Origin: Clostridiales bacterium
GTDB lineage: Bacteria; Bacillota; Peptococcia; DRI-13; UBA5745
Direction of reading: 5' to 3'
Assembly (NCBI GenBank): GCA_009777025.1
Contig: WRMS01000002.1
Coordinates: 1-37,261 of the forward strand
Length of the DNA: 37,261 nt
The notes under the pieces were generated by a model. It made no database searches and had not been told where the DNA came from. It saw only the letters and a program-made list of their open reading frames with translations. How positions within the stretch are numbered: the first letter of the stretch is position 1; each line of letters begins with the position of its first letter. Positions 16,780 through 26,793 of this stretch are shown piece by piece. Both the position numbers and the translations under genes were made by a program.

Positions 16780-18936
16780 ATGCGGCAAAGGCCGATAACG
16801 GCACAAGTGAAGAGAAGAATTCAATTCATCCTGATGGTAGCCGCCACCGCTTATGCGGTGCTTTTCGGGAGGCTGGCGTGGATTCAGCTTTATAAGGGCG
16901 CGGAATTGGAAAGTAAGGCTTTTGAAAACCGGTTCAGTCAAATCACGGTCGAAGCGCAGCGAGGCGCTATTTATGATGCGAAGGGGCGTCCGCTGGCGAT
17001 AAGTATCATGACGGATACGGTGACGGCCAACCCCAAAGAAGTGATCAAATCCGGCCGGGCAGACGAGATCGTGGCACAGCTGGCCGAAATACTGGAACTG
17101 GATAGAGAGGAACTGGCAAAAAAAGTAAACGACAATGCGGAACGGTGGTTTATCTACGTCAAGCGCAAGATCACGGAAGAACAAGCGCAGGCGGTCAGGG
17201 CTTGCAAGCTGCCGGGGGTTAGCTTTCTGGAAGAACCGATGCGGATGTACCCTAAAGGGGAACTGTTGGCCAACTTCCTCGGCTTTGTCGGCACGGACAA
17301 TATCGGGCTCAGCGGCCTGGAGATATCCTATGATGACGTGCTTTCCGGAACCGCAGGCAAACGGATGATGGAACAGGATCACCGGGGACTGAGTATTCCG
17401 GCTTCAGTACAGAAATTTATCCCTTCGCAGGACGGCGCCAGCATCGTGCTGACGATCGATGAAACGATCCAATACATTCTGGAACGGGAGATTGCGGAAG
17501 CGGTAGAGAGGTATCATCCGGACAAAATGGGCATCCTTATGATGGAACCACAAACCGGACGCGTATTGGGAATGGCGCAATATCCTACGTTCGATCCGAA
17601 CAGTTTCAGCGAATTCAGTCAGAAGGAATGGAGAAATTTCCTGATTTCCGACGTATACGAGCCGGGCTCCACATTTAAAACGGTTGTCATGGCAGGCGCG
17701 ATCGAGGAGGGAGCCGTTTCGCTGGACGATCAATTCTATTGTAGCGGCGCGGTTAAGCTGACGGCGGGAACGATACGCTGCTGGCGCGGTCTGCCGCATG
17801 GGCATCAAAGCTTTATCGAGGGCGTACAAAACTCATGCAACCCCATGTTTGTCAATGTGGGCCTGAATTTAGGAAAAGAAGCCTTTTACAAGTATCTGTA
17901 CGGTTTTGGCTTTGGTAAGAAGACCGGTATTGAGCTGGCGGGGGAAGCGACAGGCATTTTGGTGCCCCAGAAAGACTGCAGGGAGCTGGACATTGGCAGC
18001 ATGAGTATCGGACAGTCCAACGCAGTGACGCCGATCCAGTTGCTTAGCGCGTTTTGTGCTATTACCAACGGCGGCACGTTGATGAAACCACAGATCGTAA
18101 AGGAGATTTTGGACGCGGATGGCAGAGTCATCCGCACAATCGAGCCGGAAGCGATCCGTCAAGTCATCTCGCCGGCGACGTCCGCGCAAGTGCTGGAGGC
18201 GTTGGAAACCGTAGTCAGCGCCGGAACGGGTAAGACCGCGTTCATCGACGGATATCGGGTCGGCGGAAAGACAGGAACGGCACAGAAGGTCATACCCGGC
18301 GTCGGCTATTCGCAAACGGAATCCGTCGTTTCGTTTTTGGGCGTGGCGCCGGTAAACGATCCGCAGATTGTATGCTTGGTACTGATGGACAATCCAAAGG
18401 GGTATTCGCTGACAGGCGGCGCTACCTGCGGTCCGATCTTTCAGGCTGCGGCAAAAGATATCTTGACGTATCTTCAAGTACCGACGCAGATGGAGCCAGA
18501 GCGTCTATATACGCCGTCTCTGGAAAGAATTACGTTGCGGGACTATACCGGCATCTCTGTAGCCGAAGCCGAAGCGCTGGCGGTTAGCCAGGGGATTACG
18601 ACCACCGTTGTTGGTTCGGGTACGCAGGTTTACGGGCAAATACCTTCAGAGAATTCCGTTATGCTCAAAGGCGGCAATCTGGCGCTTTACACGGAACTGC
18701 CAAAGAGCTTAAATCAGGGGCCAAGGCAAATTCCCGTGCCCGATCTTACCGGAAAAACAGCCGAAGAAGCGGCGGCTATCGCGGAGGAATATGCTCTTCA
18801 CTTCGAAATGAGCGGCGCTGGTGAAGTGATCTATCAGCAGCCTTCTCCGGGTATGATGGTGGAGGAAGGAAGCAGAGTCGTCACTTGGTTGGAAGAAGCC
18901 CAAAACAGTATACCCGAGGACGTGGCGGGACCTTAG
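16780..18936 (+). CDS. class B penicillin-binding protein transpeptidase with two C-terminal PASTA domains (FtsI/PBP2B/SpoVD family)
   Basis: It carries the STFK, SCN and KTGT active-site motifs, an N-terminal TM anchor and two PASTA-like repeats (..LRDYTGISVAEAEALA.. and ..VPDLTGKTAEEAAAIA..). Confidence 0.9.
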   Translation: MRQRPITAQVKRRIQFILMVAATAYAVLFGRLAWIQLYKGAELESKAFENRFSQITVEAQRGAIYDAKGRPLAISIMTDTVTANPKEVIKSGRADEIVAQLAEILELDREELAKKVNDNAERWFIYVKRKITEEQAQAVRACKLPGVSFLEEPMRMYPKGELLANFLGFVGTDNIGLSGLEISYDDVLSGTAGKRMMEQDHRGLSIPASVQKFIPSQDGASIVLTIDETIQYILEREIAEAVERYHPDKMGILMMEPQTGRVLGMAQYPTFDPNSFSEFSQKEWRNFLISDVYEPGSTFKTVVMAGAIEEGAVSLDDQFYCSGAVKLTAGTIRCWRGLPHGHQSFIEGVQNSCNPMFVNVGLNLGKEAFYKYLYGFGFGKKTGIELAGEATGILVPQKDCRELDIGSMSIGQSNAVTPIQLLSAFCAITNGGTLMKPQIVKEILDADGRVIRTIEPEAIRQVISPATSAQVLEALETVVSAGTGKTAFIDGYRVGGKTGTAQKVIPGVGYSQTESVVSFLGVAPVNDPQIVCLVLMDNPKGYSLTGGATCGPIFQAAAKDILTYLQVPTQMEPERLYTPSLERITLRDYTGISVAEAEALAVSQGITTTVVGSGTQVYGQIPSENSVMLKGGNLALYTELPKSLNQGPRQIPVPDLTGKTAEEAAAIAEEYALHFEMSGAGEVIYQQPSPGMMVEEGSRVVTWLEEAQNSIPEDVAGP

Positions 18937-18988
18937 CGGAGGTATGCGGCATCCCGTGACAGAGTATGCAGCCGGAGGTGGAGAGAGT

Positions 18989-20521
18989 TTGAAACTGAAA
19001 GAGCTGATAGCGGGCGAAAACATCTATCGCTGGCAGAAGAATGTAGAATGGGATAAGGAAATCAGTTCGGTTGTGGCGGACTCCAGGAAAGTTGAAACGG
19101 GAGACGTGTTTGTCGCTTTGAACGGAGAGTACCACGACGGGCATCACTATACGGCGCAAGCGCTGCAGAGGGGCGCTTGTGTGCTGATCCTTGAAAATGA
19201 AGCGTATTGCCGGGAGGAAGAGCCGTGGATCCTGGTAAAGAATACCCATGAACTCTTCGGCGTCATGGAACAAAACCTGGCGGGAAGGCCGTCATTACGG
19301 ATGAATGTAATCGGCGTCACCGGTACAAACGGCAAAACAACGGTTACTTACATGCTGGCGAGCATCCTGGAAGAAGCCGGCAAGAAAATCGGCTTGCTGG
19401 GAACGATTAGCAACCGGATCGGCGGGCGCGTTCTGGAGACGGACCTGACGACCCAGGGCAGCGCCGAACTGGCGGAACTGTTGCGGCAAATGGCGGAGGA
19501 ACAGACGGACTATGTCGTCATGGATGTCAGTTCCCACGCGCTGGCCTTGTCCAGGACAGCCGGAATCGAGTTTGATATGGCGGTTTTTACGAATCTCACG
19601 CAGGATCATCTGGACTTTCATCAGGATATGAGCGAATATTTGAACGCGAAGGCAAAGCTTTTCTCCGGACTGAAGCCCCAGGGAGAGAAAAAACGCAAGA
19701 AAGCGGCGATTATCAATCTGGACGATCAAGCCGGCTCGACCCTGGCCGATTATTGCCGTGTGCCGGTCATAACTTACGGCTTGGGCAGCCTTTGTCATCT
19801 GCGGGCGGAAGACGTCGCGTTGTCGCCTGCGGGTATCCGCTATCGCCTGGTATACGGGACGGAAACCTATGAAATCAAGCTTCGCCTTCATGGCCGCTTT
19901 AATGTGCATAATTCCATGGCGGCGATTGCCGCTGCGCTTGTGGAAGGCGTAAGCATGCCTGTGATCAGCCGGGCCTTGTATCATATGCCGCCGGTTCCCG
20001 GCCGATTTCAACAAGTCGCCGATCCCGGCGAAAGGCTTCCTTTCCAAATGTTTGTTGATTACTCTCATACTCCTGACAGTCTGGAAAACTGCATTTCCAC
20101 CGCTAGGGAAATCTGCCGGGGGAGGGTCATCAGCGTATTCGGCGCGGGAGGGCATCGGGATATGGCAAAACGTCCGCTGATGGGGGAGATCGCGGCCAGG
20201 CTTTCAGACGTCGCGATTGTAACTTCTGATAATCCCAGAGACGAAGAACCGATGGCGATCATTCGCGATATTCTGAAAGGGATGGAAGGGCAGACAGCCA
20301 AAGCCCGTGTGATGACGGAGCCTGAACGCGGGAAAGCCATTGCTTTGGCGGCTTCTCTGGCGCAGCCTGGGGATATCGTCGTGATTTGCGGTAAAGGCCA
20401 TGAAGATTATCAGATCATCGGAGATACAAAGTATCCCTTTGACGACTATAAAGAAGCGCAAAAGAGCATGGACGCCATAGCGAACCGGGGAGGGCAGGAT
20501 ATATGCCGGACTATGGAATAG
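18989..20521 (+). CDS. murE: UDP-N-acetylmuramoyl-L-alanyl-D-glutamate--2,6-diaminopimelate ligase
   Basis: It has GVTGTNGKTT and the DNPR motif (TSDNPRDEEP), which indicates meso-DAP specificity. TTG 18989 has GGAGG 9 nt upstream. The track ATG at 18944 sits directly against its SD. Confidence 0.9.
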   Translation: MKLKELIAGENIYRWQKNVEWDKEISSVVADSRKVETGDVFVALNGEYHDGHHYTAQALQRGACVLILENEAYCREEEPWILVKNTHELFGVMEQNLAGRPSLRMNVIGVTGTNGKTTVTYMLASILEEAGKKIGLLGTISNRIGGRVLETDLTTQGSAELAELLRQMAEEQTDYVVMDVSSHALALSRTAGIEFDMAVFTNLTQDHLDFHQDMSEYLNAKAKLFSGLKPQGEKKRKKAAIINLDDQAGSTLADYCRVPVITYGLGSLCHLRAEDVALSPAGIRYRLVYGTETYEIKLRLHGRFNVHNSMAAIAAALVEGVSMPVISRALYHMPPVPGRFQQVADPGERLPFQMFVDYSHTPDSLENCISTAREICRGRVISVFGAGGHRDMAKRPLMGEIAARLSDVAIVTSDNPRDEEPMAIIRDILKGMEGQTAKARVMTEPERGKAIALAASLAQPGDIVVICGKGHEDYQIIGDTKYPFDDYKEAQKSMDAIANRGGQDICRTME

Positions 20522-21453
20522 CCGGTCTGATTGCGCTGACGCTGGCCGTTCTCGCGCTGCCCTTTCTGATTCCGGCTTTGCGGAAGCTTAAGTTTGGGCA
20601 ATATGTAAGGGAGGACGGACCGCGGAGTCATCTGGGCAAAGCAGGTACGCCCACCATGGGAGGCTGTGTATTTCTGCTGACGATACCTGTGGCGATGCTG
20701 TTGTCCGGACCGGTCACCGGGGAGGGTTGGGCAGCCCTGTATTTGATTATCGCAATGGGGATCCTGGGGTTCGCCGACGATTATCTGATTATCAGAAGAC
20801 ACAATGCGAAAGGGCTGAGCGCCAGGCAGAAAATGATCGGGCAAATCATCGCAGCCTGCTTATTCGCAGCGGTTCTCTGGCGGATGCGAGGGGGGAGGAT
20901 CTGGCTGCCAATGGTCAACCAATACGCAGATCTGGGACTCTTGTATATCCCTGCAGCCGTTTTTGTTATCACGGCTACGGTGAACGGAGTGAACTTTACC
21001 GATGGCGTAGACGGCTTGTGCTCTGGCGTGACCTTTATCGTTGCGCTAGCCTTTATCCTGCTTTGCCGGGCTTGGACCCTGCCGCTGGGTTTGCGGCTTG
21101 CCGCCACTCTGGCAGGCAGTTGCCTGGGCTTTCTGTGCTTTAATCTCTTTCCTGCGCGGATATTTATGGGCGACACCGGGTCGCTTGCCTTAGGCGGCGC
21201 GGTGGCGGCGCTGGCTCTTCTGACGGATACTACGCTTCTCTTGCCCTTATTGGGTGTGATCTATATGGTGGAGGTGGTATCGGTGATTGTGCAGACAAGG
21301 TATTTTAAATTCAGCGGCGGGAAACGCGTGTTTCGAATGGCGCCGATCCATCACCATTTCGAACTCTCCGGCTGGAGTGAAATCAGAGTGGATCTTGTCT
21401 TTTGGCTTGTGACGGCGCTAGCCGCCATGCTGTATCTCTGGATTTTGCTTTAA
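20503..21453 (+). CDS. mraY: phospho-N-acetylmuramoyl-pentapeptide transferase
   Basis: It is polytopic and carries ..GFADDYLIIRRHNAKGLSARQK.., ..NGVNFTDGVDGL.. and ..MGDTGSLALGG.. motifs. Confidence 0.95.
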   Translation: MPDYGIAGLIALTLAVLALPFLIPALRKLKFGQYVREDGPRSHLGKAGTPTMGGCVFLLTIPVAMLLSGPVTGEGWAALYLIIAMGILGFADDYLIIRRHNAKGLSARQKMIGQIIAACLFAAVLWRMRGGRIWLPMVNQYADLGLLYIPAAVFVITATVNGVNFTDGVDGLCSGVTFIVALAFILLCRAWTLPLGLRLAATLAGSCLGFLCFNLFPARIFMGDTGSLALGGAVAALALLTDTTLLLPLLGVIYMVEVVSVIVQTRYFKFSGGKRVFRMAPIHHHFELSGWSEIRVDLVFWLVTALAAMLYLWILL

Positions 21454-21478
21454 TCATTCGATTTAATAAGGAGAAGGT

Positions 21479-22951
21479 ATGTGGCGCGGTAAAAGAGTCT
21501 ATCTGATCGGTGCGGGAAAAAGCGGCCTGGCTGCTTCGAATTGGTTGCTGAGCCAGGGGGCGGAGCTATGTCTGAATGATCGGAAGCCCTTTGAAGCCTT
21601 TGCTGAGGATAGCCAAAAGGAATTGACGGCATTGGAAAGCCGCGGGCTTACCCTGGAGCTGGGCGCAGAGCCAAATGTCGAGGGATGGGGCGCCGCGTAT
21701 GTGATTGCCAGCCCCGGCGTACCGCTAACGCTTCCGGCGCTGCGGCAAGCGGCGGAACAGGGCATCCCCGTGACCAATGAAATCGAACTGGGCTGGCAGA
21801 TACGCCGCCCGCAGGTGATAGGCGTTACCGGCAGCAATGGCAAAACCACGGTAACCAGCCTTATCGGGCAAATCATGGACGACGCAGGCCTCGCTTTCTT
21901 TATGGGGGGCAATATCGGTACCCCCTTTATCCAGGCCGCCCCGGCAATGAAAGAGACGGACTGGGCCCTGCTGGAACTCTCCAGCTTCCAGTTAGCCGGC
22001 ATCCTGTCCACGGCGCCGAAGATTGCGATGATTCTTAATCTTTCGCCGGATCATCTGGACTGGCACCAAAGCTTCGATCATTACGTCGAATCCAAGTGGA
22101 GGATCGCGGCGTTTCAAGGACCGGAAGATCGGCTGATCCTGAATTATGACGACCTCCTGCTCAGGGAGGAAGGAAACCGGCGCCTGCGCGAAGGGAAAGC
22201 CTATTTGCCCGGGGGAATGCGCGTGCAGGGTCCGGCGCTATGGTGGTTTAGCCGAAAAGAAGAGCCTGAGGGCGGCGTATATATAGATCGGGAAGGCTGG
22301 GTCGCCTATCCTTCGCGATCCGCTGAGGGCGGCGGGATGATCCGGATTAGGCCGGTCCGTGAATTTGCCCTGCCGGGAAAGCATAATCTGGAAAATCTAT
22401 TGGCTGCTTTATCCGCGGGCCTGGCGCTGGGCATTGCGCCCGGGACGCTGCGGCGAAGCGCCGCCTCCTTTCGGGCGATCGAACACCGCATCGAGGAACT
22501 GGGAGAATATGAAGGCGTTCTCTATGTAAACGACTCCAAAGCCACGAATCCGGACTCGGCGATCAAAGCGATGGACGCCTATGACCGGCCGATCCTGCTC
22601 ATTGCGGGCGGGGACGGGAAGGGTGTGCCGTTCGACGGGGTAGCGGAAACATTTGTTAAAAAAGGCCGGTTTGCGGCTTTGCTGGGCAAGGACAGGAACA
22701 GGATAAAGGAAGCCTTGCAGACATGCGGCTTTTCGCATTTTCAGATGGTCGGCAGCATAGAGGAGGCGGTGGAAGCCTGTCACGCGCAAGCCAAACCGGG
22801 GGACCTGGTCCTCTTATCACCCGCCTGCTCCAGCCTGGACATGTTCGGCAGCTATGAGGAGCGGGGGAGGGCTTTCAAGGAAGCCGTCAGGTCGCTCACG
22901 CCTTCCGCGTATCGGGATGGAGAAGGGGGGCACAATGGCGAAAAAGAATAA
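21479..22951 (+). CDS. murD: UDP-N-acetylmuramoylalanine--D-glutamate ligase
   Basis: It has an N-terminal Rossmann motif (GAGKSGLA), GVTGSNGKTT and ..NDSKATN... At 490 aa it is somewhat longer than usual. Confidence 0.9.
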   Translation: MWRGKRVYLIGAGKSGLAASNWLLSQGAELCLNDRKPFEAFAEDSQKELTALESRGLTLELGAEPNVEGWGAAYVIASPGVPLTLPALRQAAEQGIPVTNEIELGWQIRRPQVIGVTGSNGKTTVTSLIGQIMDDAGLAFFMGGNIGTPFIQAAPAMKETDWALLELSSFQLAGILSTAPKIAMILNLSPDHLDWHQSFDHYVESKWRIAAFQGPEDRLILNYDDLLLREEGNRRLREGKAYLPGGMRVQGPALWWFSRKEEPEGGVYIDREGWVAYPSRSAEGGGMIRIRPVREFALPGKHNLENLLAALSAGLALGIAPGTLRRSAASFRAIEHRIEELGEYEGVLYVNDSKATNPDSAIKAMDAYDRPILLIAGGDGKGVPFDGVAETFVKKGRFAALLGKDRNRIKEALQTCGFSHFQMVGSIEEAVEACHAQAKPGDLVLLSPACSSLDMFGSYEERGRAFKEAVRSLTPSAYRDGEGGHNGEKE

Positions 22952-24113
22952 TATCGTCTATATGAAATCTACTGTGTCTCCGGCCAGAAAACGAGGGGAA
23001 ACGGCGGCCTCTTTGCAGACGATCGCCTTGACAAAAGGCGCGCCGGATATTTGGTTGTTATTCATCACGGTATTTCTGGTCGGCTTCGGCGTAATCCTCG
23101 TATTCAGCGCCAGCTACTATGAGACGATTTCCAGCGATCCCTATGAATTCTTTAAACGCCAGGGCGCTTTCGCCGGCATCGGCCTTGTGATCATGCTTTG
23201 CGCAATGAACTTGGACTATCGGATTTATCGTCTCTTTTCAAAGGTTGCCATTTGGTCTACCATTGTATTGCTCGCGCTGGTTTTCGTCTTCGATCCGTCG
23301 AAGGAGGTCTACCGTTGGATCCCTCTTGGCCCCTTTAACCTGCAGCCTTCGGAAATCGCGAAATTTACCCTTTCGCTTTATTTTGCGGACGCCTTAAGTG
23401 AAAGAAAGGCAGATCCGAACGATCTGACCGGTACGCTTGGCCGTGTGATCGCCATGATGGGAATCGTCTTGTTCCTGGTATATAATGAACCGGACTTGGG
23501 CGCAACCGTAACGCTGGCTTGCATCGGGATAGGCATTCTATTCGCTGCGGGATTGCATATCCTGTATGGGATAGGCGCACTGTTAGCCTGCGGCGCAGGC
23601 GTCGCGATGATCATCCTGTCCAACGAATACCAGATGCTCCGCATTCAAGGATTTCTCGACCCCTGGGCGGATCCGGTAAGAACCGGTTATCAAGTAATCA
23701 ATTCTTTTTATGCCTTGGGTTCCGGCGGCCTCATCGGTGTTGGATTTGGCGGAAGCCGGCAGAAACTGGGTTTCCTGCCTGCGCAGAACACCGACTTCAT
23801 CTTCTCCGTCGCAGGGGAAGAACTGGGCTTCATTGGCGCCGGATGTATTGTCATCTTATTTTGTGTATTGGCCTGGCGGGGCTATCGGATTGCGATCCGC
23901 TGTCCGGTTCTTTTCGGCAGTCTGTTGGCGGTGGGCATTACCACAAGCCTGGTATTGCAGGCGGCGATCAATATCGGCGTGGTAACCGGAACGATACCGG
24001 TAACCGGCATTACGCTGCCCTTTATCAGCTACGGCGGTTCTTCTTTACTGATGTCCATGGGATCGGTAGGCGTGTTGCTGAATATATCCCGCTTCCGGCG
24101 TCGGGACGAATGA
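22935..24113 (+). CDS. ftsW: SEDS family peptidoglycan polymerase FtsW/SpoVE
   Basis: It is polytopic and carries ..PSEIAKF.., ..QPDLG-like EPDLGATV.. and ..TDFIFSVAGEELGFIG.. / ..LPFISYGGSS.. motifs. ATG 22935 follows a GGAGAAGGGGGG SD and overlaps the murD end. Confidence 0.9.
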   Translation: MAKKNNIVYMKSTVSPARKRGETAASLQTIALTKGAPDIWLLFITVFLVGFGVILVFSASYYETISSDPYEFFKRQGAFAGIGLVIMLCAMNLDYRIYRLFSKVAIWSTIVLLALVFVFDPSKEVYRWIPLGPFNLQPSEIAKFTLSLYFADALSERKADPNDLTGTLGRVIAMMGIVLFLVYNEPDLGATVTLACIGIGILFAAGLHILYGIGALLACGAGVAMIILSNEYQMLRIQGFLDPWADPVRTGYQVINSFYALGSGGLIGVGFGGSRQKLGFLPAQNTDFIFSVAGEELGFIGAGCIVILFCVLAWRGYRIAIRCPVLFGSLLAVGITTSLVLQAAINIGVVTGTIPVTGITLPFISYGGSSLLMSMGSVGVLLNISRFRRRDE

Positions 24114-24175
24114 ACCTATCGAGCCTATGATAAGCCGATGGTTTGCGACGAACTTCTGGTCAGGGAGTGTGAGCT

Positions 24176-25315
24176 TTGGTGAGTGTAAAACTGGTCGTCA
24201 CCGGCGGCGGGACCGGCGGACACATCTATCCGGCACTGGCTATAGCCGACGGTCTCCGGCAGCGCTGGCCGGAGACAGAGATTCGTTACATCGGCGCCAA
24301 GGGCGGTATGGAGAGCAGGATTGTTCCGGATTCCGGCTATCCTTTCTGGGGCATCTCCGCTGAAGGCTGGCAGGGCAGAAAAATCAAAACCCTGGCGCAT
24401 GCGCTGAAGATCGACAGCGAAGGCAGAAAGGAAGCGCGGGCATTGCTGGACGCGTTCAAACCGGACGCCATGATCGGCACAGGCGGCTTCGTCTGCCTTC
24501 CGGTGGGATTGGCGGCGGCGCAAAAGCACATCCCGATCTATCTGCACGACTCCAACGCCCTGCCCGGGCTGACCAACCGCCTGATTTCTGTTTGGGCTAA
24601 ATGGATCATGACCAGTTTCGATGATGCGGAGAAGCATTTTCCCTCTTTCTGCAGGAAAAAAGTCAGGGTAACAGGACTGCCGGTAAGAGCGTCCATCGCC
24701 ATTGCGGATAAAGAGGAAGCACAGGCTTTCTTTCAACTGGCGCCGGGCAAAAAAACCATTCTTGTCATGGGCGGGTCTCAGGGTGCGGCGCGAATTAACC
24801 GGGCGATGCTGCATGTGATGAGAAAGCTGTACCAAAGACCGGACGTACAAATCCTGTTCGCTACCGGACAACGGGATTATCCGCAAATAGCGGAATCGTT
24901 GAAAGCAGCGGGTGTGGAATGGGAAATCGACGCCGGGGAGAACAGCAATATCCGGATGTTGCCCTATATCGACAGGATGGATCTTGCTTATGCCGTCTCG
25001 CATCTCTTTGTAGGAAGGGCCGGCGCCTCTACGCTGAGCGAGATTACGCTCTGCGGCTTGCCGGCAATACTGATCCCTCTTCCCCACGCGGCGGAAAACC
25101 ATCAAGCCCACAACGCAGCCAGCCTTTCGGATAAAGGCGGGGCGATGGTGGTGGAGGACCAGAAGCTGACCGGTCCCGTACTGCTTGCGGCGCTGGAGGA
25201 TATCCTTGCGGATGAGGGGAAACGCAGGGAGATGGCGAAGTGCAGCTATAGCGCCTCATTCGGGCGCGCGCTGGACGACATACTGGATATACTGGCGGAA
25301 GTTATGCCGGAATGA
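24176..25315 (+). CDS. murG: undecaprenyldiphospho-muramoylpentapeptide beta-N-acetylglucosaminyltransferase
   Basis: It has the N-terminal GGGTGGHIYPALAIA motif and ..RAGASTLSEI.. near the C-terminal domain. Confidence 0.95.
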   Translation: MVSVKLVVTGGGTGGHIYPALAIADGLRQRWPETEIRYIGAKGGMESRIVPDSGYPFWGISAEGWQGRKIKTLAHALKIDSEGRKEARALLDAFKPDAMIGTGGFVCLPVGLAAAQKHIPIYLHDSNALPGLTNRLISVWAKWIMTSFDDAEKHFPSFCRKKVRVTGLPVRASIAIADKEEAQAFFQLAPGKKTILVMGGSQGAARINRAMLHVMRKLYQRPDVQILFATGQRDYPQIAESLKAAGVEWEIDAGENSNIRMLPYIDRMDLAYAVSHLFVGRAGASTLSEITLCGLPAILIPLPHAAENHQAHNAASLSDKGGAMVVEDQKLTGPVLLAALEDILADEGKRREMAKCSYSASFGRALDDILDILAEVMPE

Positions 25316-25352
25316 GCCGTATCGTGATAAGGATTAGGAAGGAACGGGCAAC

Positions 25353-26744
25353 GTGGCGAAAACAGAGAGTAAGTGGCATTTTATCGGAATAGGCGGAATT
25401 GGGATGAGCGGCATCGCGAAAGCCTGGCTGGAATTGGGGAATCCGGTGAGCGGTTCGGATCTCGTGTCATCCCCTTTGACCGACAGGTTATCCGAACTGG
25501 GCGCGTTGATCCATATCGGAAAGCATGATCCGGCCTATGTCACAGACGATCTGGAGGCTGTCGTGGTTTCCAGCGCCATACGGAAGGATAACCCGGAGTT
25601 GGCGGCCGCCGAAGCGAAAGGCATCCCGGTGATACACAGGGGCAGCTGCCTGGCGAAACTCATGGCGCATAAAAAAGGAATTGCCGTAGCGGGCGCGCAC
25701 GGAAAGACGACCACAAGCGCGATGATTGCGCTGCTGCTGGAAAGAGGCGGGAGAATGCCGGCTTTCTTTATCGGCGCCTATATCGGGAATCTGCAGACAA
25801 ACGGAAAATGGGGCGCCGGCGAATATCTGGTAGCCGAGGCGGATGAGTCGGACGGTTCCTTTTTGGAACTGGCGCCTGAAATAGCCCTGGTAACCAATGT
25901 GGAAGACGATCACTTGGATTACTATGGGAGCAGGGACAAAATTGACGAAGCCTTTGTTCGCTTTATCAACAAGGTTCCGGAGACGGGCAAAGCGATCCTT
26001 TGTTTGGATGATCCCGGCATTAGCCGTCTCAGAACCGCCATCTGTCATGACCGGATCATCACGTATGGTATAGCGCCTGAGGCGGATCTGCGGGCAAGGG
26101 GGATCCAATTTAGCGGGGGCAAAGCGTGTGCGGAGATACTCTGGCGTGGAGAACCGGTAGGCAGGCTGAACTTGCAGGTTCTTGGCGGACATAATTTGCA
26201 GAATGCCTTGGGCGCTATGGCGGCAGCCGCGGAATGCGGCCTGTCCTTCAGTGAAATGATTCGGGTGCTGGAGGAGTATAGCGGCGCGCAACGACGTTTG
26301 GAGTTCATAGGAGAAGCGGAGGAAGTGAAGATATATGATGATTACGGCCATCATCCCACCGAGATCCGCACGACGCTGGAAGCGATAGGGCAAATTGGCG
26401 CCCGGCGCATCATCGTGCTGTTTCAGCCTCATCGCTTTACCAGAACCAGGCTCTTGACGGAAGGCTTCGGCAGGGCTTTCGCCGGCGCGGACGAGCTGAT
26501 CCTGCTGCCTGTCTATAGCGCGGGAGAAGACCCCATAGCCGGTGTGGACGCAGGTTTGATCGCGGCTGAAGTGACAAAGAATCGGGGCAAAGCGCCGAAA
26601 ATGGCTGCAGATTTCGAAGAAGCCTGCAACCTAGCCGAAGCGATGCTAACCCGGGGGGATCTGGTTCTGACTTTGGGCGCCGGAAATATAAGGAAAGCCG
26701 GGGAAATGCTGCTTCATCAGTTACAAGATGCATCCCGAAAATGA
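25353..26744 (+). CDS. murC: UDP-N-acetylmuramate--L-alanine ligase
   Basis: It has HFIGIGGIGMSGIA, GAHGKTTT and ..DDYGHHPTEI.. motifs. Confidence 0.95.
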   Translation: MAKTESKWHFIGIGGIGMSGIAKAWLELGNPVSGSDLVSSPLTDRLSELGALIHIGKHDPAYVTDDLEAVVVSSAIRKDNPELAAAEAKGIPVIHRGSCLAKLMAHKKGIAVAGAHGKTTTSAMIALLLERGGRMPAFFIGAYIGNLQTNGKWGAGEYLVAEADESDGSFLELAPEIALVTNVEDDHLDYYGSRDKIDEAFVRFINKVPETGKAILCLDDPGISRLRTAICHDRIITYGIAPEADLRARGIQFSGGKACAEILWRGEPVGRLNLQVLGGHNLQNALGAMAAAAECGLSFSEMIRVLEEYSGAQRRLEFIGEAEEVKIYDDYGHHPTEIRTTLEAIGQIGARRIIVLFQPHRFTRTRLLTEGFGRAFAGADELILLPVYSAGEDPIAGVDAGLIAAEVTKNRGKAPKMAADFEEACNLAEAMLTRGDLVLTLGAGNIRKAGEMLLHQLQDASRK

Positions 26745-26793
26745 TGCGATACAGAGGGATACATATTAGGAAAGCAAAGGCAAAGGGAAACCC

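Noticed and set aside
19295-20155. 286-aa minus-strand ORF
   Set aside because: It is antisense to murE, and no independent coding signal was seen.
20503-20521. 19-nt overlap of murE and mraY, considered as a sign of frameshift or missing murF remnant
   Set aside because: Both ORFs are full length with intact motifs. Short overlaps are common in dcw clusters, and no murF-like residual frame is visible.
24125-25111. 328-aa minus-strand ORF
   Set aside because: It is fully antisense to murG, whose motifs are unambiguous. Its Arg/Pro/Gln-rich composition is typical of antisense frames in GC-rich genes, and it has no SD.
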